From the IMG/VR virus record IMGVR_UViG_3300004457_000028, positions 39,295 to 103,294 of that record: DNA of 64,000 nt; one strand, 5' to 3'. The DNA comes from a virus. The notes under the pieces were generated by a model. That model was not told where the DNA came from and made no database searches. It saw only the letters and a list, made by a program, of their open reading frames with translations. The position numbers and the translations under genes are program-made. Below, piece by piece: positions 1-8,959 of the stretch; positions within the stretch are counted from its first letter, which is position 1, and each line of letters begins with the position of its first letter.

Positions 1-1094
1 TTAAGACCACGCTTGAAGTCAGCAAGGTAAGCATGAGGAGCATACGGCTTAGGTTCAAAGTTGCTATCGTTGTCAAGCACAACCCAACCAGCAGCCGCCT
101 CAACCCAGCGGTCACCAACAGTCACTGAGGGAGTGATAGCATAAGGAACTCCAACACCACGGCAGTGAGCATAGATGTGAGAGAGACGAGAGCCGCTTGG
201 TTCTACAACCATGTAACCATCAGGACACTTCTCTTTGGTAATGTTCTCTTCAAGCCAAGCGACTTCTTCAAGTCCACTCATAGTGATGAAGTCTTGAATG
301 ACTACCTCACCTTGCGGAATCATACCGATAGTATCTACACCTTCAGGTGGAGGCATGACTGGAGTGTGAGAAGGAGCACCACGAATCTGTGTGAGACTGT
401 GGTTCATCTTAGGTAAGTCCATCACACCTCGGTCACGGTTCTCACTCTCAGTAGTGAATACGAACTCAAGTTCGTGACGAGTAGGGGAGTAGGATAGAGC
501 ATTCATAATCATGTTGTCCTTACTGTAGTCCCCAACTCGTAGAGGGAATGCAAGGTTGAACCCATGACCAGCAGTGACACCATCGTGTCCTACTCCCATG
601 ATGTTGTAGCCTTGAAACATAACTGGCTTGTCAAGCCCAGTCTCTTCATCAGTCATCATGACAATGTTACCAGTGTCATCTACTTCGGGGTGAGACAGAG
701 CCATGACTGAGGAGGAGGTAGCATCAATGAAAGGCATGAGTAGCATACAACCATCGGGGTCTTCAGTCTTCATGACACCTGAAAGATATGTGAAGTTCTT
801 GAGCAAAGCAATCTCGTCGTTACAACGAATGGATTCAATGACACCATGCCGAGGAGACTCAGGGCAAGCCCTCAAGAAACAAGGGTAGCCAGTGTGCTCT
901 GCTGCTGATGTCAAGTGGAGTGGTGTGTCAGTAAGGTGGACTGCTACCATATCAAGTGGTGACCAGTCCTTGGGGATAGCATACTGAGTGTGTGCTGACC
1001 GATGGGTAAACAAAGCCTTAGCCTTCTGTGACTTGATAGCCTTGATACGGTCTGTGCTGTTGAGTTGTTCAAGTGTTAGTGTCTTCATGTTCAT
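1..1094 (-). CDS. PEP synthase/PPDK-like protein: ATP-grasp domain plus phosphohistidine swivel domain (C-terminus runs off left edge; not in ORF track)
   Basis: Hand translation from ATG at 1094 (MNMKTLTLEQ...) stays open to the edge. Motifs in PEP-synthase order: SQKAKAL, YPCFLRACP..RHGVIES, LLMPFID, GVGHDGVTAG, ELEFVF, LTQIRG, then VVEPSGSRLSHIYAHCRGVGVPYAI (cf. GGxTSHAAIxARExGIP). Preceded by a purine-rich RBS and a promoter copy. Confidence 0.7.
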   Translation of the reverse strand, partial: MNMKTLTLEQLNSTDRIKAIKSQKAKALFTHRSAHTQYAIPKDWSPLDMVAVHLTDTPLHLTSAAEHTGYPCFLRACPESPRHGVIESIRCNDEIALLKNFTYLSGVMKTEDPDGCMLLMPFIDATSSSVMALSHPEVDDTGNIVMMTDEETGLDKPVMFQGYNIMGVGHDGVTAGHGFNLAFPLRVGDYSKDNMIMNALSYSPTRHELEFVFTTESENRDRGVMDLPKMNHSLTQIRGAPSHTPVMPPPEGVDTIGMIPQGEVVIQDFITMSGLEEVAWLEENITKEKCPDGYMVVEPSGSRLSHIYAHCRGVGVPYAITPSVTVGDRWVEAAAGWVVLDNDSNFEPKPYAPHAYLADFKRGL

Positions 1095-1121
1095 TCCTCT
1101 CTTGGTTGGTTCATACTATAT

Positions 1122-1140
1122 TGCTGCTTTATATATCAAC
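1122..1140 (-). promoter_or_regulatory. Early promoter motif GTTGATATATAAAGCAGCA, copy 1
   Basis: Exact 19-mer with TATA box upstream of the 1094 start. Confidence 0.8.
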
Positions 1141-1141
1141 A

Positions 1142-1591
1142 TCATTCAGTGATTGCTTTAGGGTTGAGTCTTGTGGTGCTTGCATTCGTAGTGCTCACTA
1201 TGTATCGCTTGCGTGGGTTACCCTGTGGGGTATAGAATGTGATGAGGACTTCGGGTAGCATGTTCGTTCTACCTGCGTTGATGTCAAGTGCTTGTAAGTC
1301 TAAGTGATGTGCTATCTCCATCTCAGCACGACCACTTGCTACTACATCAGCGAGCGCTTTCTCTTTGACTTCATACCATTCGTAGATGTATTGGCGTATT
1401 GATTCTATAGAAGTGAATGCGTCGGGGTTAGTATACTCTTCACGCCAAACGAAATCGTCATGACTACCACTGGGGTATGGTCGCTGCTCCTTGATACTGA
1501 ATAGATAGATACTCTCACTCGTCATTGGTAACCGCCTCCCCATTGGTGTGTGTGAATCCCATACCAGCAACGACATACATAGTGTCACCAA
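1142..1591 (-). CDS. Hypothetical early protein (start probably ~1525, MTSESIY)
   Basis: ORF track; tiles with neighbours. Confidence 0.6.
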   Translation of the reverse strand: MVTLCMSLLVWDSHTPMGRRLPMTSESIYLFSIKEQRPYPSGSHDDFVWREEYTNPDAFTSIESIRQYIYEWYEVKEKALADVVASGRAEMEIAHHLDLQALDINAGRTNMLPEVLITFYTPQGNPRKRYIVSTTNASTTRLNPKAITE

Positions 1592-1856
1592 TAGTTATGG
1601 TGTCACCCATAGATGTAGAGCGAAGCCCAAGTCTACCAGTCAAGTCTACCAAGCAGGTGACTCGCTCGTGTCCATCATGCTCCATGTTCTTAGACCAACT
1701 ATCCTGTAGGTTCTGTGTCCATCGGTAAGCGAACTCCAAGTTCTCAAGCAGTGGAGCGAAGTAATCAAACTCAATTGATGCTGCTTCGTAGGGTTGTGTC
1801 CCACTGTTCTCATTCTCAAATGCTCTGTGTGTTACAATCATATCACTCATCTTCAA
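1515..1856 (-). CDS. Hypothetical protein with YodL-like RSxSxGD motif
   Basis: GLRSTSMGDTITIGDTMYVV; ATGA overlap with upstream gene. Confidence 0.55.
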   Translation of the reverse strand: MKMSDMIVTHRAFENENSGTQPYEAASIEFDYFAPLLENLEFAYRWTQNLQDSWSKNMEHDGHERVTCLVDLTGRLGLRSTSMGDTITIGDTMYVVAGMGFTHTNGEAVTNDE

Positions 1857-2068
1857 GCACCTCGCATAATCGCAGTAACAATCTTCACTGCTTGTCCAAT
1901 ACTCTCACAGTCTATGAAGGTCGGCCCAAAGCGTGAGGGTATCTTGAACCAAGGCCCACATTCAACCATCATGTCAGCAAACTGAAAGCATCTACCGTTA
2001 CATCGTAGTTGAACTACGCCCTTCATCCCATCATGTGCTTCAATCGTTATCGTAAGTTCTTGTTCCAT
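1853..2068 (-). CDS. Hypothetical early protein
   Basis: AGGTGA RBS and promoter copy upstream. Confidence 0.7.
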   Translation of the reverse strand: MEQELTITIEAHDGMKGVVQLRCNGRCFQFADMMVECGPWFKIPSRFGPTFIDCESIGQAVKIVTAIMRGA

Positions 2069-2091
2069 CTTTCTTCACCTTCTTATTTAGT

Positions 2092-2109
2092 GCTGCTTTA
2101 TATATCAAC
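2092..2109 (-). promoter_or_regulatory. Early promoter motif, copy 2
   Basis: tgctgctttatatatcaac on + strand. Confidence 0.8.
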
Positions 2110-2146
2110 TTGTCAATTACTATAGACCGAGAAGCGTTTTCGTTTG

Positions 2147-2398
2147 TCACTCCTCCTCGGAGTGGTATTCGTATTCTACATGACAGTGTGATGGTAAACG
2201 ATAGCGTGGTCTTGTTGCATTGACATCGGAGTAAGCAGTAAGCATACCGCTGCGTCTGTCTTGTCTAACCATGTCGCCGTCTTTGACTTGAGGACACCTG
2301 TGTGATTTAATCACTTGATAGAGTATGTCGTTGGCGTGTTGCCCTAAGCGTTCTGTTAGTAGCCATTGGTTCTGTCCTATGCTTATCCTGTATGTCAT
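2147..2398 (-). CDS. Hypothetical protein
   Basis: ORF track; ATGA coupling. Confidence 0.65.
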   Translation of the reverse strand: MTYRISIGQNQWLLTERLGQHANDILYQVIKSHRCPQVKDGDMVRQDRRSGMLTAYSDVNATRPRYRLPSHCHVEYEYHSEEE

Positions 2399-2754
2399 TG
2401 TTCATCACCTTCTAATTGATTAGCGAACTCTTCACGATGGTGTTCCAATCTCATGTCAAGTGCAGCACTATCAATGCTCAACCCCATGCTCTCTTCAAAC
2501 CATTCAAGAACATAGTCAAGAAACTCTCCGTCGCTGATGTAGTCATCAGGAATTACTTGAGGTATCATAGCCAAGCCTTCGCCATCACTGTGCTTAGGGT
2601 CGGCGTTCATCTTCAACCAGTTCCATACCCAAGCACGCTGTGCTTCAAGTGCATCAATAATTCTGTCGTGGCGTTCACACAAACAACGGTCGTCTGTGCA
2701 AGTTGCTTCGTCTCGTAGTTCTCGTAGTTCTTTTATCATGTCATCAATTTTCAT
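2395..2754 (-). CDS. Hypothetical acidic protein
   Basis: ORF track; ATGA coupling. Confidence 0.65.
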   Translation of the reverse strand: MKIDDMIKELRELRDEATCTDDRCLCERHDRIIDALEAQRAWVWNWLKMNADPKHSDGEGLAMIPQVIPDDYISDGEFLDYVLEWFEESMGLSIDSAALDMRLEHHREEFANQLEGDEQ

Positions 2755-2864
2755 ACTGTCATCTCCTGTATCTGTTGTTCAAGTTCTACGATGCGAGCCT
2801 CAAGTTCTTTCACCTTTGCTCGCTCTCTTCGTAGAGCGAATACCATTCCTTGTGACTTACTCAT
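2751..2864 (-). CDS. Small coiled-coil protein, 37 aa (not in track)
   Basis: MSKSQGMVFALRRERAKVKELEARIVELEQQIQEMTV; fills the gap with ATGA overlaps at both ends. Confidence 0.65.
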   Translation of the reverse strand: MSKSQGMVFALRRERAKVKELEARIVELEQQIQEMTV

Positions 2865-3229
2865 GCTGACTCCTCCATTGTATCATCAGTCTTTGGTATA
2901 CGACCCCACTGCTTACCTCTTGGGTCAGGGTTGTATACAATATCCCAGTCACCATCCCACTCCTCATCATGGAGATACCATGTGTGGTTTCGTTGGTAGA
3001 TACTTACATGTGGTAGTGCGTTGAGTCTGTCCTTAGTTGTCATTGTTGCATACCCACTGTGAGTTATCTTGAGTGTGCCGTCAGCCTCGTGACAAGCGAT
3101 AGTGTTACCGAAGAGTTTCAAGTAAGCAGCACCATCACTGTCTACCTCTACCCTTGTGTTACCTCGCTTGAACTTCTTGTGAGACATCAATGCCTTAGAT
3201 GCTAACCTACCTACCTCTGTTCTACTCAT
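2861..3229 (-). CDS. Hypothetical phage-type protein
   Basis: GNTRVE...LFGNTIA...TTKDRLNAL pattern resembles a common phage early-gene family. Confidence 0.65.
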   Translation of the reverse strand: MSRTEVGRLASKALMSHKKFKRGNTRVEVDSDGAAYLKLFGNTIACHEADGTLKITHSGYATMTTKDRLNALPHVSIYQRNHTWYLHDEEWDGDWDIVYNPDPRGKQWGRIPKTDDTMEESA

Positions 3230-4188
3230 GCTATCACCTCTTCTTCTATGCTACAGTTGTTAAGGATGAAGTCAGCCGCTGCTTGTGCTTGACTGAACGC
3301 CTTGTCCAATGCACTGTCCTGATTCTTACATGCATCAAGCCAGTGCTTGAGGTAAGCCTGAGAGTTAGCGTGCTCCTCTTGAAGAACATAAGGATTGAAC
3401 TCACCACCAAGGGAGAGTGTGACAATCAATGCACCAAGTTCAGCAACCAGTTCTTCATAGGCATACTCAGGTGAGCCAAACTTAGAGGCAAGGTTACGCT
3501 CTGCTCTCTTGGGGTGACCAGTGCTATGCACTGCTTCGTGCATGGCCGTCATGACTTCACCAAGTTGAGTCTCAAAGTCAGCGTGTGCTGGTAGCCTAAT
3601 GAGGTCACCACTTAATCTATAGAAGGCACGACTGCCTTGACGCTCAAGAGTAAGAGTGTCTTGTGAATCAACATACCCATAGAAGGAGTCCATCATATCA
3701 GACTCAGGAGTAACAGACAAGTCTTCGTCTTTCACTTCGGGTGCTTCGTAGTCTTCGCACTGCTCAACACAGAACACTTCATACCAACGAGTGACAAAGC
3801 CTGAACGCATAGTCTCTTCACCAGTGTCCTTGTCCTCTACCTTGTAGTTGGATGTCTTAGCGAACTTGATGAGACAACCTTCACCATTGGATAGACCCTT
3901 GATGTTGTAGCCCTTCTCAATGAGTTGCTTACGAGTAGCAAAGCGGAGGTCAGTGTAGCCACGACTCAATCCCCAAAACCACAGTGAGACAATGTTACCA
4001 CCACGGTATGTCTTCTTGCTCTTCAAGTTGCGAGGCATAGTAGCACCACCTTTCCATGGCTTACGCCAAGGAACATTGTTGTCCTTGATACCTGCTGCGA
4101 GGTTCTCATACCAAGTAGCCTTGCTTGCTTCTGTCTTGGCCTTGCCGTATGCTGCCTTCTTCTCCTTACTCCAACTCATCTTTCTCAT
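3226..4188 (-). CDS. ardC: ArdC-like antirestriction / ssDNA-binding protein with zincin-like domain
   Basis: PWRKPW, NxxSxxxYRGGN, HEAVHSTGH, YAYEELVAELGA. Confidence 0.85.
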   Translation of the reverse strand: MRKMSWSKEKKAAYGKAKTEASKATWYENLAAGIKDNNVPWRKPWKGGATMPRNLKSKKTYRGGNIVSLWFWGLSRGYTDLRFATRKQLIEKGYNIKGLSNGEGCLIKFAKTSNYKVEDKDTGEETMRSGFVTRWYEVFCVEQCEDYEAPEVKDEDLSVTPESDMMDSFYGYVDSQDTLTLERQGSRAFYRLSGDLIRLPAHADFETQLGEVMTAMHEAVHSTGHPKRAERNLASKFGSPEYAYEELVAELGALIVTLSLGGEFNPYVLQEEHANSQAYLKHWLDACKNQDSALDKAFSQAQAAADFILNNCSIEEEVIA

Positions 4189-4201
4189 CTCCTATCTTTA
4201 G

Positions 4202-4220
4202 TGCTGCTTTATATATCAAC
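4202..4220 (-). promoter_or_regulatory. Early promoter motif, copy 3
   Basis: Exact 19-mer upstream of ardC. Confidence 0.8.
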
Positions 4221-4221
4221 T

Positions 4222-4347
4222 TCATTCTTCTTCTTGCTTTCGCTTCTGTGGTGTGTTGCCTCTCATGCATTCAGCGCAGCGCCTGAACCCAGCGGGTGTA
4301 GGGTTGTTGCACCTTCGTTGATGACATAGATGTGCAGTGAATCTCAA
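4222..4347 (-). CDS. Small Cys-rich protein, 41 aa (not in track)
   Basis: TTG start overlapping helicase stop; CHQRRC...CAEC. Confidence 0.5.
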   Translation of the reverse strand: MRFTAHLCHQRRCNNPTPAGFRRCAECMRGNTPQKRKQEEE

Positions 4348-6938
4348 GCACTCACCCCCAAGTCTCGTAGCAAGTCTGCTGGTATGTCACCTGAGTCTAC
4401 CATGGACTTGAGTAGTGCTGATGCAATACCCTTACGCTCCACTGCATCCCCACCATCAAGCACCGACTTGATGACTGCTCGCTTCTCCTCTACTACAGAG
4501 TTGAACTTCTCATCAATCGTTCCCTTGACTGAGAGGTAGACTGCGTGAACTGTCTCAGCGTCTTGTCCAATACGGTTCACTCTGTCCTCGGCTTGCTCCT
4601 CCCATGCTGGTGACCACTCACGCTCAATGAACACTACAGTATCAGCAGCAGTGAGGGTGAGTCCCTCCTTCGCAGCAACAGTGGAGCAAATCATAACATC
4701 AATGTCGCCACGCTGGAATGCATCTACTCTCTCTTGTCTCTTCTCTGCTGCAACTGAACCAGTGATGAGTCCAAGTGTGAACTCATCCTTGAGTTCATCA
4801 ACCAACCCATCCACTACATCCTTGTGGTGTGCAAAGATAATCGTAGGCTTACCAGTGACTTCACGATACTCACGAACCCAGTTAGCAGTAGCAGTAATCT
4901 TCAGTATACCACAGTGGTGTCGTAGTTCAGTGAGCATGTTCAAGACAAACCCAGCAGGTAGTGAGCCTTGTGCCTTGTGCATCTCATACTGGTTCAACCA
5001 TGTAGCCTGAGCATTGTTGTATGCCTTCTTCTCGGCAGGGGTAGGCACGACATCAACCACTTGACGAATCTTGTCGGGTAGTTCATCCATGACCTCCTTC
5101 TTGAGTCGGCGGATAGTGAATGCTCTTGTCCTCTCGTGCAACTCTGCCTCGTTAGATGAACCCTTGAAGTCCCAGCCCCAACCAGTGTGGTGAGCATCAC
5201 AGTATTGCTTACCGTATGCAAAGAAGTTACCGAACTCAACAGGCCGAAGCAGGTTCAGTGTAGTGAAGAACTCAATGGGTCTGTTAGTGATAGCAGTCCC
5301 CGACAAACAGATGATGTCCTTGCTGGTGTTGGCTACTTCAAGTGAAGCCTGAGTGCGCTGAGCCTTACTGTTCTTGAGGTAGTGTGACTCGTCAAAGATA
5401 ACGATGTTGAACCCAGCATCTTCAAGCGCAAGTTGTTGCTTCTTCATGAGGTCGTAGTTGATGACGACAACATCAGTGTCAGGTATGTCCGACTTACCAT
5501 TCTTCACAGCCTCAACTGTGAGGTTGGGTAGCCAAGTGCTGAACTCCTTGACCCAGTTATACTTGACATTCGCAGGGGCAACGACAAGGACTGGGTGGTT
5601 CTCAGGGTGCAGTGCTGCATAGGCAAGGGCTTGGATAGTCTTACCCACACCCATGTCATCACCAATCAAAGCACGACCACCAGCAAGTTCACAGAAACGA
5701 ACACCGACATACTGGAAGGGGTAGAGTTCACGACCTTCGGGGAACTGCTCAGCCAAACGACCACGCATCTCCTCAATCTTATCCTCGTCATGTAATGAAG
5801 CAGCACTGGACAGAGCGATGCGCTCAGCCTGAGACTCAATCACAGTAGACATACCATCAACAGTAGCGATAGCATCAGCGAGTGGTTGATAGATACCATC
5901 AAGTCTACCCTTCAAGAACGCACCTTGAGAGACAGGCACTTTCCATGCCTTGCGACTACCATCCCACTTACGACCCATGACTCCCTTGACAATGCTCATG
6001 ACCTTGGTTCGTAGGTCAGCGTCTTGAAGCCAAGGCCACTTGAGCACAAGGACATCAGCCTCAATGGTGGCTGATACATTCTTGTCAGTGACAGCAGTGC
6101 TGGTGTCAGGAGTTGGGGCTTTCACTACGAGAGCAGTGAGTTGGTCAGCGAAGAAGCCATGCTTCTCAAAGATAGCAGCAGCCTTAGTGAGTAGGTCAGC
6201 AGTGTATGTGAGTGACCAAAACTCTCCGTTCCACTTGAGTGCAGGGAAAGGACAACCCGACTTGAGTTCATCCTTGACCGCAGTGTGGCGAGGGAATCTA
6301 AGTGAGACACGGCGAGACTTCTTCGGCCAGCGTCGTGCTGAATCGTTCTTACCATACCATACATCCTCGTAGACCTCAGCCTTGACAGTGTTCCTCAAGC
6401 GAGCCTCAGTCTCAGTGACAATGTAAGAAGCAAGTGTCTCCTCATACAACTGCTTGAGTTCGTTGGGTTGGTTGATAGTATCTCCATGCTCAGTCATGAA
6501 CTCCATGCACATAGCCATGACTTCTTCATCAAAGGACATGACATCTCGTAGAGACGCTGGCTTCTTACCAGTCTCCTTGAAGAACTTACGAAGGCGGCTT
6601 GCTAACTTGGATTGGTATGCTGCCTTGGCCTTAGCCTTGACACCAATCTCAGTCATGTCCTTGAGGAAAGACTGGACATCAACATGCTCAGGAATACCAC
6701 ACCACTTCATCAGTGTAGGAATCTGTGTCTGACTATACTTGTAGAAGCGCTCCGCTGCTTCTTGATACATAGTCTCAGGTATCTCTGCGTGGCCCTCCAG
6801 TCTCTTGAAGAACGGAGCATCACCAGCATTCGGGCCGATGTAATCCTTCTCTCCATCAACATGCACTTCACAGAACTTGTCAATGAGTTGCCTCATCACT
6901 TCTCTTGTCACTAACTTCTTGCTCTTCATCTCAATCAC
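4344..6938 (-). CDS. SNF2-family helicase/ATPase, SMARCAL1/HARP-like
   Basis: DDMGVGKT, DESH, LSGTAITN, QAEDRVNRIGQ; N-terminal HARP-like KWDGSRKAWKVP. Confidence 0.9.
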   Translation of the reverse strand: MIEMKSKKLVTREVMRQLIDKFCEVHVDGEKDYIGPNAGDAPFFKRLEGHAEIPETMYQEAAERFYKYSQTQIPTLMKWCGIPEHVDVQSFLKDMTEIGVKAKAKAAYQSKLASRLRKFFKETGKKPASLRDVMSFDEEVMAMCMEFMTEHGDTINQPNELKQLYEETLASYIVTETEARLRNTVKAEVYEDVWYGKNDSARRWPKKSRRVSLRFPRHTAVKDELKSGCPFPALKWNGEFWSLTYTADLLTKAAAIFEKHGFFADQLTALVVKAPTPDTSTAVTDKNVSATIEADVLVLKWPWLQDADLRTKVMSIVKGVMGRKWDGSRKAWKVPVSQGAFLKGRLDGIYQPLADAIATVDGMSTVIESQAERIALSSAASLHDEDKIEEMRGRLAEQFPEGRELYPFQYVGVRFCELAGGRALIGDDMGVGKTIQALAYAALHPENHPVLVVAPANVKYNWVKEFSTWLPNLTVEAVKNGKSDIPDTDVVVINYDLMKKQQLALEDAGFNIVIFDESHYLKNSKAQRTQASLEVANTSKDIICLSGTAITNRPIEFFTTLNLLRPVEFGNFFAYGKQYCDAHHTGWGWDFKGSSNEAELHERTRAFTIRRLKKEVMDELPDKIRQVVDVVPTPAEKKAYNNAQATWLNQYEMHKAQGSLPAGFVLNMLTELRHHCGILKITATANWVREYREVTGKPTIIFAHHKDVVDGLVDELKDEFTLGLITGSVAAEKRQERVDAFQRGDIDVMICSTVAAKEGLTLTAADTVVFIEREWSPAWEEQAEDRVNRIGQDAETVHAVYLSVKGTIDEKFNSVVEEKRAVIKSVLDGGDAVERKGIASALLKSMVDSGDIPADLLRDLGVSA

Positions 6939-6950
6939 CTTCTCTTATTA

Positions 6951-6969
6951 TGCTGCTTTATATATCAAC
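6951..6969 (-). promoter_or_regulatory. Early promoter motif, copy 4
   Basis: Exact 19-mer upstream of helicase. Confidence 0.8.
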
Positions 6970-7066
6970 AGTCATCCTCTTCTACATCTGTGCAGTTAGT
7001 GCAGTCTCTTCGGCTACACAATCCATCGTGTGCCATCAAGCACAACTCTTCAATCGTGAAACTCAT
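6965..7066 (-). CDS. Small Cys-rich protein, 33 aa (not in track)
   Basis: MSFTIEELCLMAHDGLCSRRDCTNCTDVEEDDC; ATGA coupling. Confidence 0.5.
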   Translation of the reverse strand: MSFTIEELCLMAHDGLCSRRDCTNCTDVEEDDC

Positions 7067-7467
7067 TCTTGCTCACACTCCGCATCAAAGGCCGCTTGCC
7101 CAGCCTCAATGTCTTGTTCTTTCATGAGCATGTTAGCAAGGGTGAGTAGGAGAGACAGGGCCATCCCAGTCTTCGCCTTGCTCATGCCCTTACGAACACC
7201 ATACTCTCGCTTGACAATCGCTGAGGCTGGTGGCTGCTTAGCAGTCAAGCGAATCCCCTGCTGCTCAAGGGTGATACCACGCTGAAGCATACCGAACCTG
7301 ATACCGATAGTGGGTATGGTGCGGAACTCCTCAACAATCTTACGCACTGCAACACCGACACCAGTAGTGCCTTCTTGCATGGCTTGTGAGAGAATGAACT
7401 CCTTACCCTCAAGTTCGGTAGTGACACAGTAGCCATCGCTACCATCGGAGAACATGTGTGTGTTCAT
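7063..7467 (-). CDS. Hypothetical protein
   Basis: ORF track; GGTGA RBS, ATGA coupling. Confidence 0.7.
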   Translation of the reverse strand: MNTHMFSDGSDGYCVTTELEGKEFILSQAMQEGTTGVGVAVRKIVEEFRTIPTIGIRFGMLQRGITLEQQGIRLTAKQPPASAIVKREYGVRKGMSKAKTGMALSLLLTLANMLMKEQDIEAGQAAFDAECEQE

Positions 7468-7706
7468 TCACTCACCACCTTTGCGAAACCAGTCCGAACC
7501 TCACGCTTGATGATATGATACTCGGTATCACCACTGTAGACTCGTGGGGTAGACCACAAATCATACAGGCAGTAGACTGCCGACTGCATGTTGGAGTAGA
7601 CTCCGTAGATGTGTGTCGGCACTGCATCCTCAGCCATGTTGGAGAACAGGTAGGCCGAGTCCTTGGGTAAGGACATGACGAGGTAGATGAACTTGCGTTC
7701 AGACAT
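7464..7706 (-). CDS. Hypothetical protein (start MSERKF at 7706)
   Basis: TGATG overlap with upstream ORF, GGTGG RBS. Confidence 0.6.
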   Translation of the reverse strand: MSERKFIYLVMSLPKDSAYLFSNMAEDAVPTHIYGVYSNMQSAVYCLYDLWSTPRVYSGDTEYHIIKREVRTGFAKVVSE

Positions 7707-7876
7707 CAAGCCACCACCCAGTTGCGAGTATAGCACCACGATATGTTCAGTGGGTTGAGTGCATCAGTGAGGTAGTTGAGTTGCTCATCCAACTCCTCTT
7801 CAGTGGGGAACTCCCATGAGACTGTAGGCTCACCCAGTTGTGCGCCGAAGTTAATGACTGCTTCAAGCCTCCACAT
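7706..7876 (-). CDS. Small hypothetical protein, 56 aa (not in track)
   Basis: MWRLEAVINFGAQLGEP...; TGATG overlaps on both sides. Confidence 0.6.
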   Translation of the reverse strand: MWRLEAVINFGAQLGEPTVSWEFPTEEELDEQLNYLTDALNPLNISWCYTRNWVVA

Positions 7877-8226
7877 CAAGCATCAACTCCTTCATCACCA
7901 TCGTTGAACTCATACATGAGCAAGTCAGCAGGTGAGTCCCAAGGAGCACGAATCTGTATGACCTTGGCCTCATCAACCATAGCCACAGGCTCAGGCTGAG
8001 GTGAGGATGTGTAAGCCCACTCAGGGACATCAGGTTCAATCGGTGTCATGCTTGGGGGAATGATAGGCTGCAAGTCAGGGTAGACAGAAGCACACTCAAG
8101 TGAACAGACCAAGTGGGCTGTCATCTCCACGGTGTCTACCACATCAACACCATCACTGATGTCTATACCACAGGAGGCACAGTGGTGGTCATAGTCAGGC
8201 TGCAAGTTCATGGTGTCGGTTTCCAT
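7876..8226 (-). CDS. Zn-finger (CxxC...CxxxC) acidic protein
   Basis: CASC...CSLEC; start moved to ATG 8226 because the track start lies inside the promoter. Confidence 0.6.
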   Translation of the reverse strand: METDTMNLQPDYDHHCASCGIDISDGVDVVDTVEMTAHLVCSLECASVYPDLQPIIPPSMTPIEPDVPEWAYTSSPQPEPVAMVDEAKVIQIRAPWDSPADLLMYEFNDGDEGVDA

Positions 8227-8241
8227 GTTGATGCTCTTTAA

Positions 8242-8260
8242 TGCTGCTTCATATATCAAT
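8242..8260 (-). promoter_or_regulatory. Early promoter motif, copy 5 (2 mismatches)
   Basis: ATTGATATATGAAGCAGCA. Confidence 0.7.
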
Positions 8261-8334
8261 GAAGTTCAGTTCACCGATTAGTTCTCAGCAATACCGCACG
8301 CTGATGTCACGCAGTAGAGTTAGTAAGCACTGGC

Positions 8335-8655
8335 TTACTCAAGCCCACAGAACTTGCACGATTCTGTATGCGCTTCGTTGAATTGTATGTCATTGTTCTT
8401 GACATAGGAGTGCATGTATGTTCCTTCATCCCACAATCCATTAGCAGCGCAGCCACACTTACAGAAGTGTATGAGTAAACCTTCAATGTATTCGTAGTCC
8501 ATCTGTGAGTTCCACAAGACCGAGAGCATAGCCTCTGCTAACTCACCCTCTTGTTCGTTTGCATACGCTGCTACAATATCGTAAGCCTCACCCTTGTCCA
8601 TCAGTTCTATCTTTACAGGCTCGTAGTCATCGGGTTTACCATCATCGTCTACCAT
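8335..8655 (-). CDS. Hypothetical acidic Cys-containing protein
   Basis: ORF track; CKCGC...CKFC. Confidence 0.55.
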   Translation of the reverse strand: MVDDDGKPDDYEPVKIELMDKGEAYDIVAAYANEQEGELAEAMLSVLWNSQMDYEYIEGLLIHFCKCGCAANGLWDEGTYMHSYVKNNDIQFNEAHTESCKFCGLE

Positions 8656-8731
8656 ATCTACCCATCTACATACGAGACTTAAACCTACTGAGTGTTCTTC
8701 GCAGTCATGCGTTTAGGATAGCGTGCTCGTG

Positions 8732-8838
8732 AACCAGTCCAACTTGTCCGACTAATCCGATGTCTTGTTTAGACTATGTATTGTATGATATTGTATTGTA
8801 TATTGTCTTGATAATACAACGGACTACTTAGACAACAC
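8732..8838. repeat. Quasi-palindromic ~100-bp element, copy A (9-bp TTGTCC-type repeats inverted around an AT-rich core)
   Basis: Aligns with 17680-17776. Confidence 0.65.
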
Positions 8839-8959
8839 TCTACCCTTTCGCTACCGCATCTACACGATAGATGTCTATGCAAACTATGCGTTCTATGCGT
8901 ATACTATAGGGGCGTGCTGAAAAGCATGGCTGAATCAGGGCATCCGAATGACAGGCGAG

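Noticed and set aside
165-1258. Short + strand ORFs at the left edge
   Set aside because: Shadows of minus-strand genes, mainly the truncated gene starting at 1094.
8872-8900. CTATGC x3 at 9-bp period
   Set aside because: Too short to support alone; possibly part of the adjacent 8732-8838 element.
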